Source: an uncultured Phycisphaerales bacterium (lineage in GTDB: Bacteria; Planctomycetota; Phycisphaerae; Sedimentisphaerales; Anaerobacaceae). From it: a DNA stretch of 64,000 nt. A program made the translations under genes and the position numbers. The notes beneath the pieces were generated by a model that made no database searches, was not told the DNA's origin, and saw nothing but the letters and a program-made list of their open reading frames with translations. The stretch covers positions 224,001 to 288,000 of the forward strand of contig CAVYYI010000001.1 of NCBI GenBank assembly GCA_963772725.1, written 5' to 3'. This document shows positions 1 through 10,434 of this stretch, one piece after another; the first letter of the stretch is position 1; the number at the start of each line of letters is the position of its first letter.

Positions 1-2
1 TT

Positions 3-401
3 ACTTTCGGAGACTGGACGCAGCAGGGTTTGCCGTTTTATGCCGGCAATGTTACCTATCACTGCACATTGGATGGCGGAGACAAACCGGTTGCCATTGT
101 AGTCGATAAGTTTAAAGCACCACTATTATCGGTAAATCTTGACGGACGACTTGCAGGCAAGATTGCCTTTGCGCCATACAGACTGGAGCTTGGTGTGTTG
201 TTTCAGGGTAAGCATAAATTGGATATAACTGCGTACGGCAATCGCGCAAACGCTTTTGGCATAGTTCATAATACGGACAAATCTCTATCCTGGTATGGTC
301 CGGGCGCATGGCGAAGCACAGGTGAAAAATGGTCTTATGATTACCAGTTAAAGCCTATGGGCATCCTTGTGGCCCCTTCAGTGCAAAAACCTATTCGCTG
401 A
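3..401 (+). CDS. C-terminal part of a glycoside hydrolase-like protein (beta-sandwich, GH106/GH2-like); 5' truncated by the window
   Basis: Frame is open from base 3: TFGDWTQQGLPFYAGNVTY...GILVAP, resembling the W...G++YYSG and SGLLGPV C-terminal motifs of the GH106 proteins in this window. Confidence 0.55.
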   Translation, partial: TFGDWTQQGLPFYAGNVTYHCTLDGGDKPVAIVVDKFKAPLLSVNLDGRLAGKIAFAPYRLELGVLFQGKHKLDITAYGNRANAFGIVHNTDKSLSWYGPGAWRSTGEKWSYDYQLKPMGILVAPSVQKPIR

Positions 402-429
402 TATAAATTGCGTTGCGAACCCCAAAAAA

Positions 430-492
430 GTCGCAAAATGGTTAAAGATTTACGCAAAATAAGGTTGACAGGCGAAACTTAGTTGATACAAT
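430..492 (+). promoter_or_regulatory. Operator copy 1 plus sigma70-type promoter
   Basis: cgcaaaat at 432 and 453; TTGACA 465-470; extended -10 TGaTACAAT 484-492. Confidence 0.85.
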
Positions 493-544
493 CCTAAAGA
501 CTGGTATAATGCGTATACTTACTATTTTTGTTTTTAGATAAAGG

Positions 545-2845
545 GTGATAAATATGCAGAACAAATCTCTTCTCACAACGGCAATAGTATTCCTGTTTTC
601 ATTTCCACAAATAACAGAAAAATGTTTTGGTGATGCGAACGATTTATTTCAGAAAGCTGATGATTATATAAAAGTTAAGAACTATCAGCAGGCTGAAACG
701 GTTTACAAGGATATAGTCCAGAAATATCCCGGCACAGATGATGCCTTAACCGCGAACAGCCGGCTTGCGGTGCTGTATATTTCCCAGAAAAAAAACAGCC
801 AGGCGGATGCAATAGCAAATAACATGGTGAAAGATTTCCTGAATAATTCAAAATTATCGGAATCGCTTTATATTATCGCGCGAAGATATGCGGGCGCACA
901 GAAATACGCAGAGGCGAAAGGGCTTTATCGTCGCATAATTGACCGTGACCCCAACAGCGAATATGCGGTCAAGTCTGCTATAGGTGCGGCCAAAATAGAC
1001 ATATTTGTTTTAATTGAAAATAACGACGACACCAAAGCCAAAACAGCGATTGATAAGTTAGCCGCGGATTTTTCTGGTAATCCGGATGCGGCAGCCGCGT
1101 TATATTATATCGCTGAAAAATATGTCAAACGTACTAAATATGAAATGGCAAACAGCCTTTATCAGAGAATAATAGAGCAATATCCGAACAGTCAGTACGC
1201 TGGTAAGGCAAAGTCCAACATCGCAAACAACAATGCTAAATTACCTGAAACCGCTGGTGCCAATGACTTATTTCAGAAGGCTGATAATTATGTAAAAACC
1301 AAGAACTATCAGCAGGCTGAAACAGCCTATAAAGACATAATTCAGCAGTATTCCGGCAAAGATGGTGCTTTAGCCGCAAACAGTAAACTGGCTGCATTAT
1401 ATTTTTCGCAAAAAAGATTCAATGATGTAGATACAATAGTAAATAATATGATAAATGACTTCTGGAATAACTCAAAATTGTCGGAAGAACTCTATGTTAT
1501 CGCAAGGAAATACTCCGGCGCACACAAATACGCGGAGGCAAAATGGCTTTATCAGCATGTAGTTGCCCGCGACCCCAACAACGGATATGCAATCAAATCG
1601 GCAATAGATATGGATAGAGTAGATATATTCGTCTCGATAGAGAATGGTAACGACCCAAAGGCCAAAGCTGCGATTGATAAATTGATAACTGATTTTCCCG
1701 GCAATCCATTTATAGCAACGGAACTCTACACTATTGCGGGAAAGTATGCGTTTTATAAAAATTATGAACAGGCAAACAGTTATTATCAGCGAATAATAGA
1801 ACAATACCCGGACAGCCAATATGCATCCAAAGCAAAATACGACATTGCAAAGAACAATGCCATATTACTGGTGGGCGACAGCAACAGTACGGCAACAGAT
1901 TCGGCGGTTAACAGGTTGGTTGCTGATTTTTCCGGAAATTCTGATTTAGCAAAGACGCTTAAGGTCATTGCCGAACAGTATCAGGTCAAGGGCAAATATG
2001 CACAGGCGCAAAAGATTTATCAGCAGCAAAGTAAATTGTTCCCGGATAATCCGGCGGTAAATAAAATCGATATCCCCAGGATAAATATTATGTGTCTTAT
2101 TGATACAGGTAAAATTGATGAGGCAGGGACGGAGCTTAATAAACTTATCGCTGATTTTAAAGGCAGTGTTGATTTGCCGAAAGCTTTGTATGAAATAGCA
2201 GGTGTGTATGAAAAGAACCGTAAATATTCCGAAACATTGAACGCTTACAAGCATATAATATCTTTAGCCGGCGAGAGTAGTATTTATGGCCGCAGGGCGA
2301 AACTTGGAATTGATAAGATTAATATTATTATGCTTATAAACAGCGGCCAGGATGACAAAGTCATCACAGCAGTTAATGAGATGATTATAGATTTTGTAGG
2401 TAGTAAGGAATTGCCGCCCGCGATATTCGCAACAGGAGAAACCTATTGCAATAAACCATATAAAGATGCCGCAGAGGAAAAGGAAAACATAACAAAAGGA
2501 ATAGCATTTGTAGATATGGTGGTCAAAGGATATCCGTCGAGTGGTCAGGCGCCGCAGGCCTGCTGTTATATTGGAGATTGCTATAACCGTATAGGCGATT
2601 ATGCAAATTCGATAACATATTATCAAAAGTCTGTTGATGGTTATCCGGGCTACCGGTCTAACTGGCATGCGCTGTTTATGATTGGCCGTAATTATGAAAC
2701 TATGCTGAAAGCAAGTCTTATTCCAATAGATGAAGCAAATTCGAAGATAAAAGCTGTCTATCAGCAGCTGATAGAGAAATATCCGGCGGCTCCGGCGGCA
2801 AAACCGGCGCAGAAATGGTTAAGCAAACAAAATTCTAAAAAATAA
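545..2845 (+). CDS. Secreted tetratricopeptide-repeat protein
   Basis: Signal peptide; repeated helix-pair motifs (A..Y..II..YP.S..A); 208-aa internal duplication. Confidence 0.85.
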   Translation: MINMQNKSLLTTAIVFLFSFPQITEKCFGDANDLFQKADDYIKVKNYQQAETVYKDIVQKYPGTDDALTANSRLAVLYISQKKNSQADAIANNMVKDFLNNSKLSESLYIIARRYAGAQKYAEAKGLYRRIIDRDPNSEYAVKSAIGAAKIDIFVLIENNDDTKAKTAIDKLAADFSGNPDAAAALYYIAEKYVKRTKYEMANSLYQRIIEQYPNSQYAGKAKSNIANNNAKLPETAGANDLFQKADNYVKTKNYQQAETAYKDIIQQYSGKDGALAANSKLAALYFSQKRFNDVDTIVNNMINDFWNNSKLSEELYVIARKYSGAHKYAEAKWLYQHVVARDPNNGYAIKSAIDMDRVDIFVSIENGNDPKAKAAIDKLITDFPGNPFIATELYTIAGKYAFYKNYEQANSYYQRIIEQYPDSQYASKAKYDIAKNNAILLVGDSNSTATDSAVNRLVADFSGNSDLAKTLKVIAEQYQVKGKYAQAQKIYQQQSKLFPDNPAVNKIDIPRINIMCLIDTGKIDEAGTELNKLIADFKGSVDLPKALYEIAGVYEKNRKYSETLNAYKHIISLAGESSIYGRRAKLGIDKINIIMLINSGQDDKVITAVNEMIIDFVGSKELPPAIFATGETYCNKPYKDAAEEKENITKGIAFVDMVVKGYPSSGQAPQACCYIGDCYNRIGDYANSITYYQKSVDGYPGYRSNWHALFMIGRNYETMLKASLIPIDEANSKIKAVYQQLIEKYPAAPAAKPAQKWLSKQNSKK
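632..1860 (+). repeat. Intragenic tandem duplication, 624-bp period
   Basis: ANDLFQKAD.Y.K.KNYQQAET.YKDI occurs twice (Asp codons at 641 and 1265) and similarity runs to IA.NNA in both copies. Confidence 0.85.
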
Positions 2846-2890
2846 TAAGTAGAAGAAACCGTTGAATTTTAAAAAATAAGGAGAAGAAGA

Positions 2891-5800
2891 ATGGAAACGA
2901 CGAAAAAACTATGTGCTGTAATTTTGGTTCTGGGTCTGCTTATTGTAAATCAGGCTTACGCGTGTACCGCCTGGCCAACTGTGATTCTGGTAGTTACACC
3001 GAACCCTATAACAAACGGGCACAGTACAACGCTGGATGGAAGTGATTCCTACGATTACTATGGCGACACTATCGTGAAATACGAATTTGATTTTGAGTAT
3101 AATGGGACATTTAGCGCTGATTATACTGAAACAAGCAGTAACCACCCGGATGGCGCCTTCGACGGCATAACGACACATACGTATAATAGAGCAGGCACGC
3201 ATACAGCGGCATTGAGGGTTACCGATAATGGCACTCCTCCTCTTAATTATGGTACTGGCACGTGCGCAGTTTACGTAAGGCCAATATATGTTCCCGATGA
3301 TAATGACACAATTCAGGCGGCAATTAACCATGCTGTCAACGAAAATACCGTTGCCGTCAGACCAGGTACATATAGAGGCAGCGGCAACAGGGACCTTGAT
3401 TTCAATGGTAAGAATATAACGGTTTGCGGCACAGACCCGAACGACTGGGAGGTCATAGCGAAAACAATTATTGACTGCAACGGCACAAGAGCTAATCCGT
3501 ACAGGGGATTCTGCTTCGATGACGCCAATGAGGATAATGACTCGATAGTCGCTGGCTTTACAATAACCAACGGCTACGGGAAATACATAGATGCACCGTT
3601 GTATAACTATGTGGGAGGAGCCATATATTGTACAGGCAGCAGCCCGACAATCAAAAACTGCCTGATTACCAAAAATATGAATGATACGGATAATTACGAT
3701 GTCCAGGCCGGTGGTATAGCCTGCTACAATAACGCTAATCCGAAAATAATCAACTGTATTATCACTGAAAATGGCGGTACTTATTCTTCCTATGGTGAAG
3801 GAATAATGTGCAGTTATTCCAGCCCTGCGATTACAGGCTGTGTTATAGCCAAAAACTCTCTGTATTCCGCTGGTATTTACTCTTACGAGGGTGCTCCAAG
3901 ATTACCAACTGCACGGTAGCGGAGAATTATTACGGCTTTTGCAGTTACAGTTATGATCCCAACACAGAAGTAACCAACAGTATATTCTGGGGCAGTAACA
4001 GTGGTAGTGAAATTTCATATTATACAGAGCCGAACATCACCTACTGCAACATAAAAAACTGGACAGGCGGCGGCACGGGCAACATAGCCAGCGACCCGTG
4101 CTTTATAGATGCTAATTATCCTAAAGGCAGGGATGGTATGTTGGGTACTTATGATGACGGGCTTAACCTGCGGACTGTCAGCTGGTGTCTCGATGCGGGA
4201 AGCAATACGGCTATTGACAATACTGGTGCGAGCGCTGATATACTGCAAAATATACGCAAGAATGACGGCGACCATAACAGCACAAACGTTGTGGATATGG
4301 GCGCTTATGAGTTGCCGACAATCTGGTATGTCGATAAGAATGCGTCGGGCAGCGATAACGGTAAGTCATGGGCTAACGCCTATGACGACCTTCAGGACGC
4401 TCTTAATGACGCCAATATCGATTCGGGCGATGAAATCTGGGTAGCTAACGGTATTTATAAGCCTACCAGCACAAATGACCGTACAATTTCATTTGAGCTT
4501 ATCGAAGGTGTAGGGATGTACGGCGGATTCGTTGGCGATGTAACTCTGTTCGGTGGATATGAAGGCAGTACTACCAGAATTGAACGTATGCTGAGTTCTG
4601 TGCCAGGAGATTCGACAGTATATAAAACAATTCTCAGCGGTGATATTGGAACTGTGGGGACTCAAAATGATAACAGTTATCACGTGGTAAAAGGTGCGGA
4701 TGACGCGATTATTGATGGCTTTACTATTACCGCTGGGTACACCAGAACCGATAGTTTTTACGGCAATCACTGGGGCGGCGGGATGTACAACTACGGTGTC
4801 AGTCCGATAGTGCGCAACTGTGTTTTTACGGCCAACTACGGTTTTGTTGGTGCGGCCATCTCTAACTCTTATTGCCCCAGGCCTGTTATAAGCAATTGTA
4901 TTTTCAGTGACAATACATCCACTTATGGCACAATATATATAGGCGATTCCTCGAATGGTACGAATAATTCGACAATTACTAATTGTGTATTCTGCGATAA
5001 TTCAGCCTCGTATGGCGGCGGCGGGATATATCTTGTGATGAGTGAGCCGAATATTATTAATTGTACATTTGTCGGCAATTCAGCATACTACGGTGGAAGT
5101 ATATATAACTCCCAGTCTTTGCCTTTGCTTGCAAACTGTATCCTCTGGGGTAACACTGCATCAGTCAAGCCAAAAGAGATATATAAAACATGGGTAGGCG
5201 ACCCGAACATAAGATTCTGCGATATCGATGACAGCAATGGCAGCGGGGCCAACTGGGACACGCGATTAGGCCATGATGGCGGGCATAACATTGACAGGAA
5301 TCCGTGGTTTTTGGATTCCAACGACCCCAACGGCAAAGACAATGTATTTTTCACGCTTGATGACGGGCTGCGAGTAACACAGAATGGAGATTTGTGCATC
5401 GATGCGGCGGACGGCAATGTCGCGTCTGACAGGGATATAAGGGGTAAATCACGGGTTGATTTTTACTCAATTACAAATAAAGGCCATGGCAGGATTACTT
5501 ATGCCGACCTTGGCGCCTATGAGTCGGTTGGTATTGCCGGAGGTGTTAAAGAGCAAAGGATTTCGAGCGGAATATTTCATAGTCTGGTTGCAGAAACGGA
5601 TAAGACGGCATGGTCCTGCGGGACAGACATCGGTCCTTACGGTATGGGATATGTTGGCTTGTTGGGAAATATGGATCCAGGAAGCAGTTCTAATGTTCTT
5701 ACTGAGGTGCATTCCGGACGCCAGCCGGGTTCCGAATATTCCGATCAACTCAAAAATATCGTTTTCGTCGATGCGGGTTTTGTACACTCCATGGCAATAT

Positions 5801-6804
5801 GTGCCGATGGCCGTGTCTGGTCATGGGGAGACGATACCTTTGACGAAGCGGGAAGTTATTATAATGAATGGGGTGAGCCTTATATTGCACCTGTGCCGGT
5901 TTTGAACGAATCTATTTCTGATTATCATGCTAAAGATCTCGTCGAAGTAGCGGTCAGCAGAGGTTCCGATATAGGTGAGTATTCTCTTACTCTGGATGAA
6001 GACGGCCATGTCTGGGCTTATGGATGTAATGACTACGGCCAACTTGGAGTAGGCAGCTTTGCCTGGTCTGGGAATATACCACTTCATGTTGTTGATGGCG
6101 ATATGGATACAACGACAGGTTACCTGGAAAAGATAACAGATATTGATGTGGGAATGACGCATTCAATAGCATTGGATAAGGATGGTTATGTATGGTGCTG
6201 GGGCAGCAATTACTGCGGGGAACTTGGGATTGGTTCTTTTACCGGCCTTTATACTGCCCCTGTTCAGGTTACTGATGGCTACTCTTCTTACCTTGGAAAC
6301 ATCACTGCTGTTACTGCCTGTGCCGGCAGGCCTGATATGGGTAATGCGCAACACGCGGCTTCCTATGCTCTGGATTGCAATCAAAATGTCTGGGCATGGG
6401 GTAAGAATGATTATGGCCAACTTGGTATTGATAGTACAACCGATTCTTCTGTCCCTGTTCAGGTTAAAGGACTTGGAGGCAGTGGTTATCTGTCGAATAT
6501 TACTATGATATCCGGAGGAGATATTCACGTTCTTGCGCTGGATGAAGATGGTTATGTCTGGGCGTGGGGTTATAACGGCTATGGCCAGCTCGGCAATGGG
6601 ACTACAAATGATTCATTAACACCTGTAAAGGTAAAAAAGGATTCGAGTAATTACCTGACGGATATTGTATCTATCTCATCTGGTTCCTATGGTTCCATGG
6701 CTATAGATTCTTCCGGCGACATCTGGTGCTGGGGATGGAATGGTTATGGCCAACTGGGACTTGGCGATTATGACAGCAGGAGTTATGCAACACAGATGGA
6801 TTAG
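2891..6804 (+). CDS. Secreted PKD + right-handed beta-helix + RCC1-repeat protein (one frameshift at ~3890-3897)
   Basis: PKD motif (LDGSDSYD..IVKYEFDF..LRVTDN), (I/V)xNCxFxxN helix repeats, C-terminal RCC1 repeats (VWAWGxNxYGQLG); ORFs 2891-3919 and 3808-6804 join by adding one base. Confidence 0.8.
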
Positions 6805-6823
6805 ATAAATTACAGTCAGAATA

Positions 6824-6863
6824 AAAATGCGGCAGAAGTCTTAACCGGCCTCTGCCGCATTTT
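6824..6863. terminator. Intrinsic terminator hairpin, possibly bidirectional
   Basis: aaaatgcggcaga (6824-6836) pairs with tctgccgcatttt (6851-6863), just after the stop at 6804. Confidence 0.75.
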
Positions 6864-6940
6864 GGGAAATTCTGTTTAAATACCGTGTTTTAATCTTTGC
6901 TGTTTATATCGACTTTATGTGATAAAATCAAAAACATTAT

Positions 6941-7004
6941 GTCGCAAAGTGGTTATAAATTGACGCAAAGTGATATTTACAGTTGAGTATGGTTATGTTA
7001 AAGT
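6941..7004 (+). promoter_or_regulatory. Operator copy 2 plus promoter
   Basis: cgcaaagt at 6943 and 6964; TTTACA 6976-6981; 17 bp; TGtTAAAGT 6996-7004. Confidence 0.8.
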
Positions 7005-7178
7005 GCTATTGATTGAAGGATATTTAGGATTTGCGGCGATCGCCTTTTTGCAGGTTATATGTTAAAGAAAAAAAATTTACAAATATGCGATATTTTATGG
7101 AACAGAACAGTGGTATTGTGCATCTTATAACAAGGTAGATGATAAAGAAATAATACAAAAAATAGGATAGGAGTTAAA

Positions 7179-8026
7179 ATGAAAAGAAAACAGGCGTTTA
7201 CTCTTATTGAATTGCTTGTGGTCATAGCGATTATAGCTTTGCTGATGTCTATCCTGATGCCTGCATTATCAAAAGTGAAAAAGCAGGCACAGATCGCTCT
7301 TGCTTATCACAGCTTCATCAATGGGGGCTTGTGTATTCAATGTACACAGGCGATAATGACGGTTATTTCTCGCGGGGCTGGTCATCGGACCCCCTTGACG
7401 ACGGATATAAGCATGGACATTATGTATGGATTAACTGTCTTGAGCCTTATTACAAGAACTGGAAACTCCGAATTTGTCCCGCTACTTCGCTTAAAAAACT
7501 AGTTGAAATTGATTGGGCTGCTAATACTGTAACGGGAACCCAGGGGCCGGATATAGTTTATGTTGAATACAACAGACAGAATGGTGAGGAACTGGATGGC
7601 AAGTTCATTAGTTTAACAGAAAACGTTTGGGTTAATAATTCAAAGGATACCTCAGTTACTAACGCACCTTTGTACTGGCGAAACATCAATAGTGGTACCA
7701 AGGGTCAAGCTAATAATATTCCCATTCTTGCGGATGGTCAGTTCTGGCTGACTCGTGCGAAACATACTGATTTTGCACCTGAATGGGATGGCCAATTTCT
7801 TTGGGAAAATGCAAGTAAAAATGGCGAGATGTGCAGGGTCTGCAACAGCCGGCACGGTCAATTCACAAATGGTGTTTTTATGGATTTGTCCGCGAGAAAA
7901 CTCGGCCTAAAACAATTATGGAAACTGAAATGGCACCGAAGATTTGACACTACTATGGGGCCGGTTAGCGGATTAAAATGGCCAAGCGGCTGGTCAGAAT
8001 GGATGAAAGATTTGAAAGATTATTAA
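7179..8026 (+). CDS. Prepilin-type N-terminal cleavage/methylation protein with H-X9-DG-like C-terminus, copy 1 (frameshift at ~7300)
   Basis: MKRKQA/FTLIELLVVIAIIALL; adding one T gives CLSQLHQWGLVYSMY; RHGQFTNGVFMDL; LKQLWKLKWH tail. Confidence 0.85.
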
Positions 8027-8100
8027 TTATCTGTGCCAGCGTTATTTAAAAAATCAATTTGTATAAGTTATAAGGGTATTTTGGGCAAAACTATCGCGTT

Positions 8101-8164
8101 GCCGCAAAAGGGTTAAGATTTTACACAAAATAGTGTTGACTTTTGCTGTTTGAAACCGCATAAT
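8101..8164 (+). promoter_or_regulatory. Operator copy 3 plus promoter
   Basis: cgcaaaag 8103, cacaaaat 8124; TTGACT 8136-8141; 17 bp; CATAAT 8159-8164. Confidence 0.8.
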
Positions 8165-8257
8165 ATAGGTATAGGGCCTTAACCCGATGAGCAAATAAGC
8201 AAGCGGAGAAGGGCAGAGACGATTTAGAATGTTTTGTAATGAAGGAGTAAGAAGGAA

Positions 8258-9057
8258 ATGAAAAGAAAACAGGCGTTTACTCTTATTGAATTGCTTGTCG
8301 TTATAGCTATTATAGCATTGCTGATGTCTATCCTGATGCCGTCGTTGGCGAAAGTGAAAAAGCAGGCGCAAACGGTAGTATGCGGGTCTGGCACCAAGCA
8401 ATTAGGCCTTGCCTTTGAAATGTACCTGGGAGACAATAAAAGTATTTATCCTTTGGGGTGGGTTAACGTAGCAAGTAGTCACGGAGAAGATTTGTGGTTT
8501 GTGGCATTGAAACCCTATTATAAGGACAAAAAAGTGCTTATTTGTCCCTCAACCAGCGATAAGAAAGAAGGTATATTTGGTGTAATGCGATGCGGCACAA
8601 ATGGTGTCCTTGACCCTGTCTTTCATATTAACGAGAAATATGTTCTTAGCTACACGATTAATGGATACTGCCAAAGCTTTGAAAACCCCGTAAACTATCA
8701 GAATAGGTGGAGGACTGCCAATCAGAAAAATCCTCACAATATTCCTGTCCTTACCGATGGAGCCTATAATTTTCAGTCCAGGATGGTTAATGCATATGAT
8801 TCTCCTCCGCCGTACGAAGGTGCCGGAGGGTCAGCTGGAAGCGGTATAGGCTGGAATTGTATAAACCGGCATTCTGGTTATGTGAGTGCTCTTTTTATGG
8901 ATGGCAGTTATCGAAAGGTCGGCTCAAGGAGCTTTGGACATTAAAATGGTCGAAAGTTTTTGATACCAGGGGTCCTTGGACTGTTGCCGGCGGCGTAGCG
9001 CCAGGTATGTGGGCGTCCGCAGGTGCACCATGGCTCGAAGAGTTCAAGAATTATTAA
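8258..9057 (+). CDS. Prepilin-type / H-X9-DG protein, copy 2 (frameshift at ~8922)
   Basis: Same N-terminus; RHSGYVSALFMDG; adding one base restores RKVGLKELWTLKW...EFKNY*. Confidence 0.85.
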
Positions 9058-9110
9058 ATATTTAACCATTGTTTTTATCTGCGGTTAAGGAATTATGGGG
9101 CTATGGGTCT

Positions 9111-9174
9111 GCCGTAAAATGGTTATAGATTGACGCAAAATGGCGTTGACTTTTGCTGTTTGAAGCCGCATAAT
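9111..9174 (+). promoter_or_regulatory. Operator copy 4 plus promoter
   Basis: cgtaaaat 9113, cgcaaaat 9134; TTGACT 9146-9151; 17 bp; CATAAT 9169-9174. Confidence 0.85.
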
Positions 9175-9268
9175 ATTAGGTATAGGGCCTTAACTCGATG
9201 AGCAAATAAGCAAGCGGAGAAGGGCAGAGACGATTTAGAACGTGTTTTAATGAAGGAGTAAGAAGGAA

Positions 9269-10093
9269 ATGAAAAGAAAACAGGCGTTTACTCTTATTGA
9301 ATTGCTTGTCGTCATAGCTATTATAGCATTGCTGATGTCTATCCTGATGCCCGCATTAGCGAAAGTAAAGAAGCAAGCTAAAGCTGTCGTGTGTCTTAGT
9401 AACCACGGTCAGTGGGGTAAGGTATTTTTAATGTATGCCGGTGACAACGATAGCAGCTTTACCGGGGAGTGGCTTTCAATTGCTCAAAGTAATGGCGGAC
9501 ACGACATCTGGGTTGAGGCATTACGGCCTTACTATAAAAACGATAAACTGCTTCTTTGCCCATCAGCGACCAGAACAGCAGAAGAAGGAGCTGCTTCACC
9601 TTACAAGGCATGGGGAGTATTTCCATCAGATACTCCTTATGGAGGCGTAGCAGGCAAGCGCGGCAGTTATATGATAAATTGGTGGGCAACGAATCCTTAT
9701 GACTATCCAGCACATTCATTCTATAAACATTCTTTTTATACGCCGAGATTGTGGAAGACAATAGATGTTAAAAGCCCTCAGAAAATACCAGTACTTGGTG
9801 CAGGCGGAGCGGTTTGGCGGGCTTCCCCTGACTCCACTGATAATCTGCCTGAGTTCGATGGCGATGAGTCTTGGGGTACCGGGTGCAGTATGCCGAGGTT
9901 TTCTTTAAATCGCCATGAACTTGGTTATACACACGTATTATTTATGGACTGGTCGGTACGCAAGGTTGGCCTTAAAGAACTCTGGACTCTAAAGTGGCAT
10001 CGGCTTTACGACACTCGTAACCGTCATACCCTTGCGGGTGGTGCTGTATCAGCGGAATGGCCGGAATGGATGAGGGGATTCAAGGATTATTGA
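9269..10093 (+). CDS. Prepilin-type / H-X9-DG-like protein, copy 3
   Basis: Intact ORF; FTLIELLVVIAII; RHELGYTHVLFMDW; RKVGLKELWTLKWH. Confidence 0.9.
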   Translation: MKRKQAFTLIELLVVIAIIALLMSILMPALAKVKKQAKAVVCLSNHGQWGKVFLMYAGDNDSSFTGEWLSIAQSNGGHDIWVEALRPYYKNDKLLLCPSATRTAEEGAASPYKAWGVFPSDTPYGGVAGKRGSYMINWWATNPYDYPAHSFYKHSFYTPRLWKTIDVKSPQKIPVLGAGGAVWRASPDSTDNLPEFDGDESWGTGCSMPRFSLNRHELGYTHVLFMDWSVRKVGLKELWTLKWHRLYDTRNRHTLAGGAVSAEWPEWMRGFKDY

Positions 10094-10253
10094 TATAACA
10101 GTTGTTTAGCAAATCATCTGTTTGCCAAAGATAGGTGTAGTATCCTACCGTATAGTTTGCAGCACAATTTATGTGTTTTTTAACAGATAGGTAAAACTAT
10201 CTGGATGTGAATAAAAAATCAGCGTGTCTTTTCCTCCTTTTTTTAGTAAGCCA

Positions 10254-10317
10254 GTCGTAAAATGGTTATAGATTGACGCAAAATGGCGTTGCTTTATCGG
10301 ATGTCGCTTGTTATAAT
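10254..10317 (+). promoter_or_regulatory. Operator copy 5 plus promoter
   Basis: cgtaaaat 10256, cgcaaaat 10277; TTGCTT 10289-10294; 17 bp; TGtTATAAT 10309-10317. Confidence 0.85.
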
Positions 10318-10434
10318 AGCTTCTATGTGTAACTATATTGTTAAACGGAGGCTTTGCGGCTTCTGTCCAATTTTAGTTTTCTTTGGTATCTTTTTTAAAA
10401 AAGTAAACCATAAGTTTTAATGAGGAGGCGTAAT

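Noticed and set aside
6941..10093. Integron cassette array or diversity-generating retroelement behind the pilin-like genes
   Set aside because: No integrase, attC-like palindromes or reverse transcriptase; each unit has its own promoter; differences are not adenine-specific
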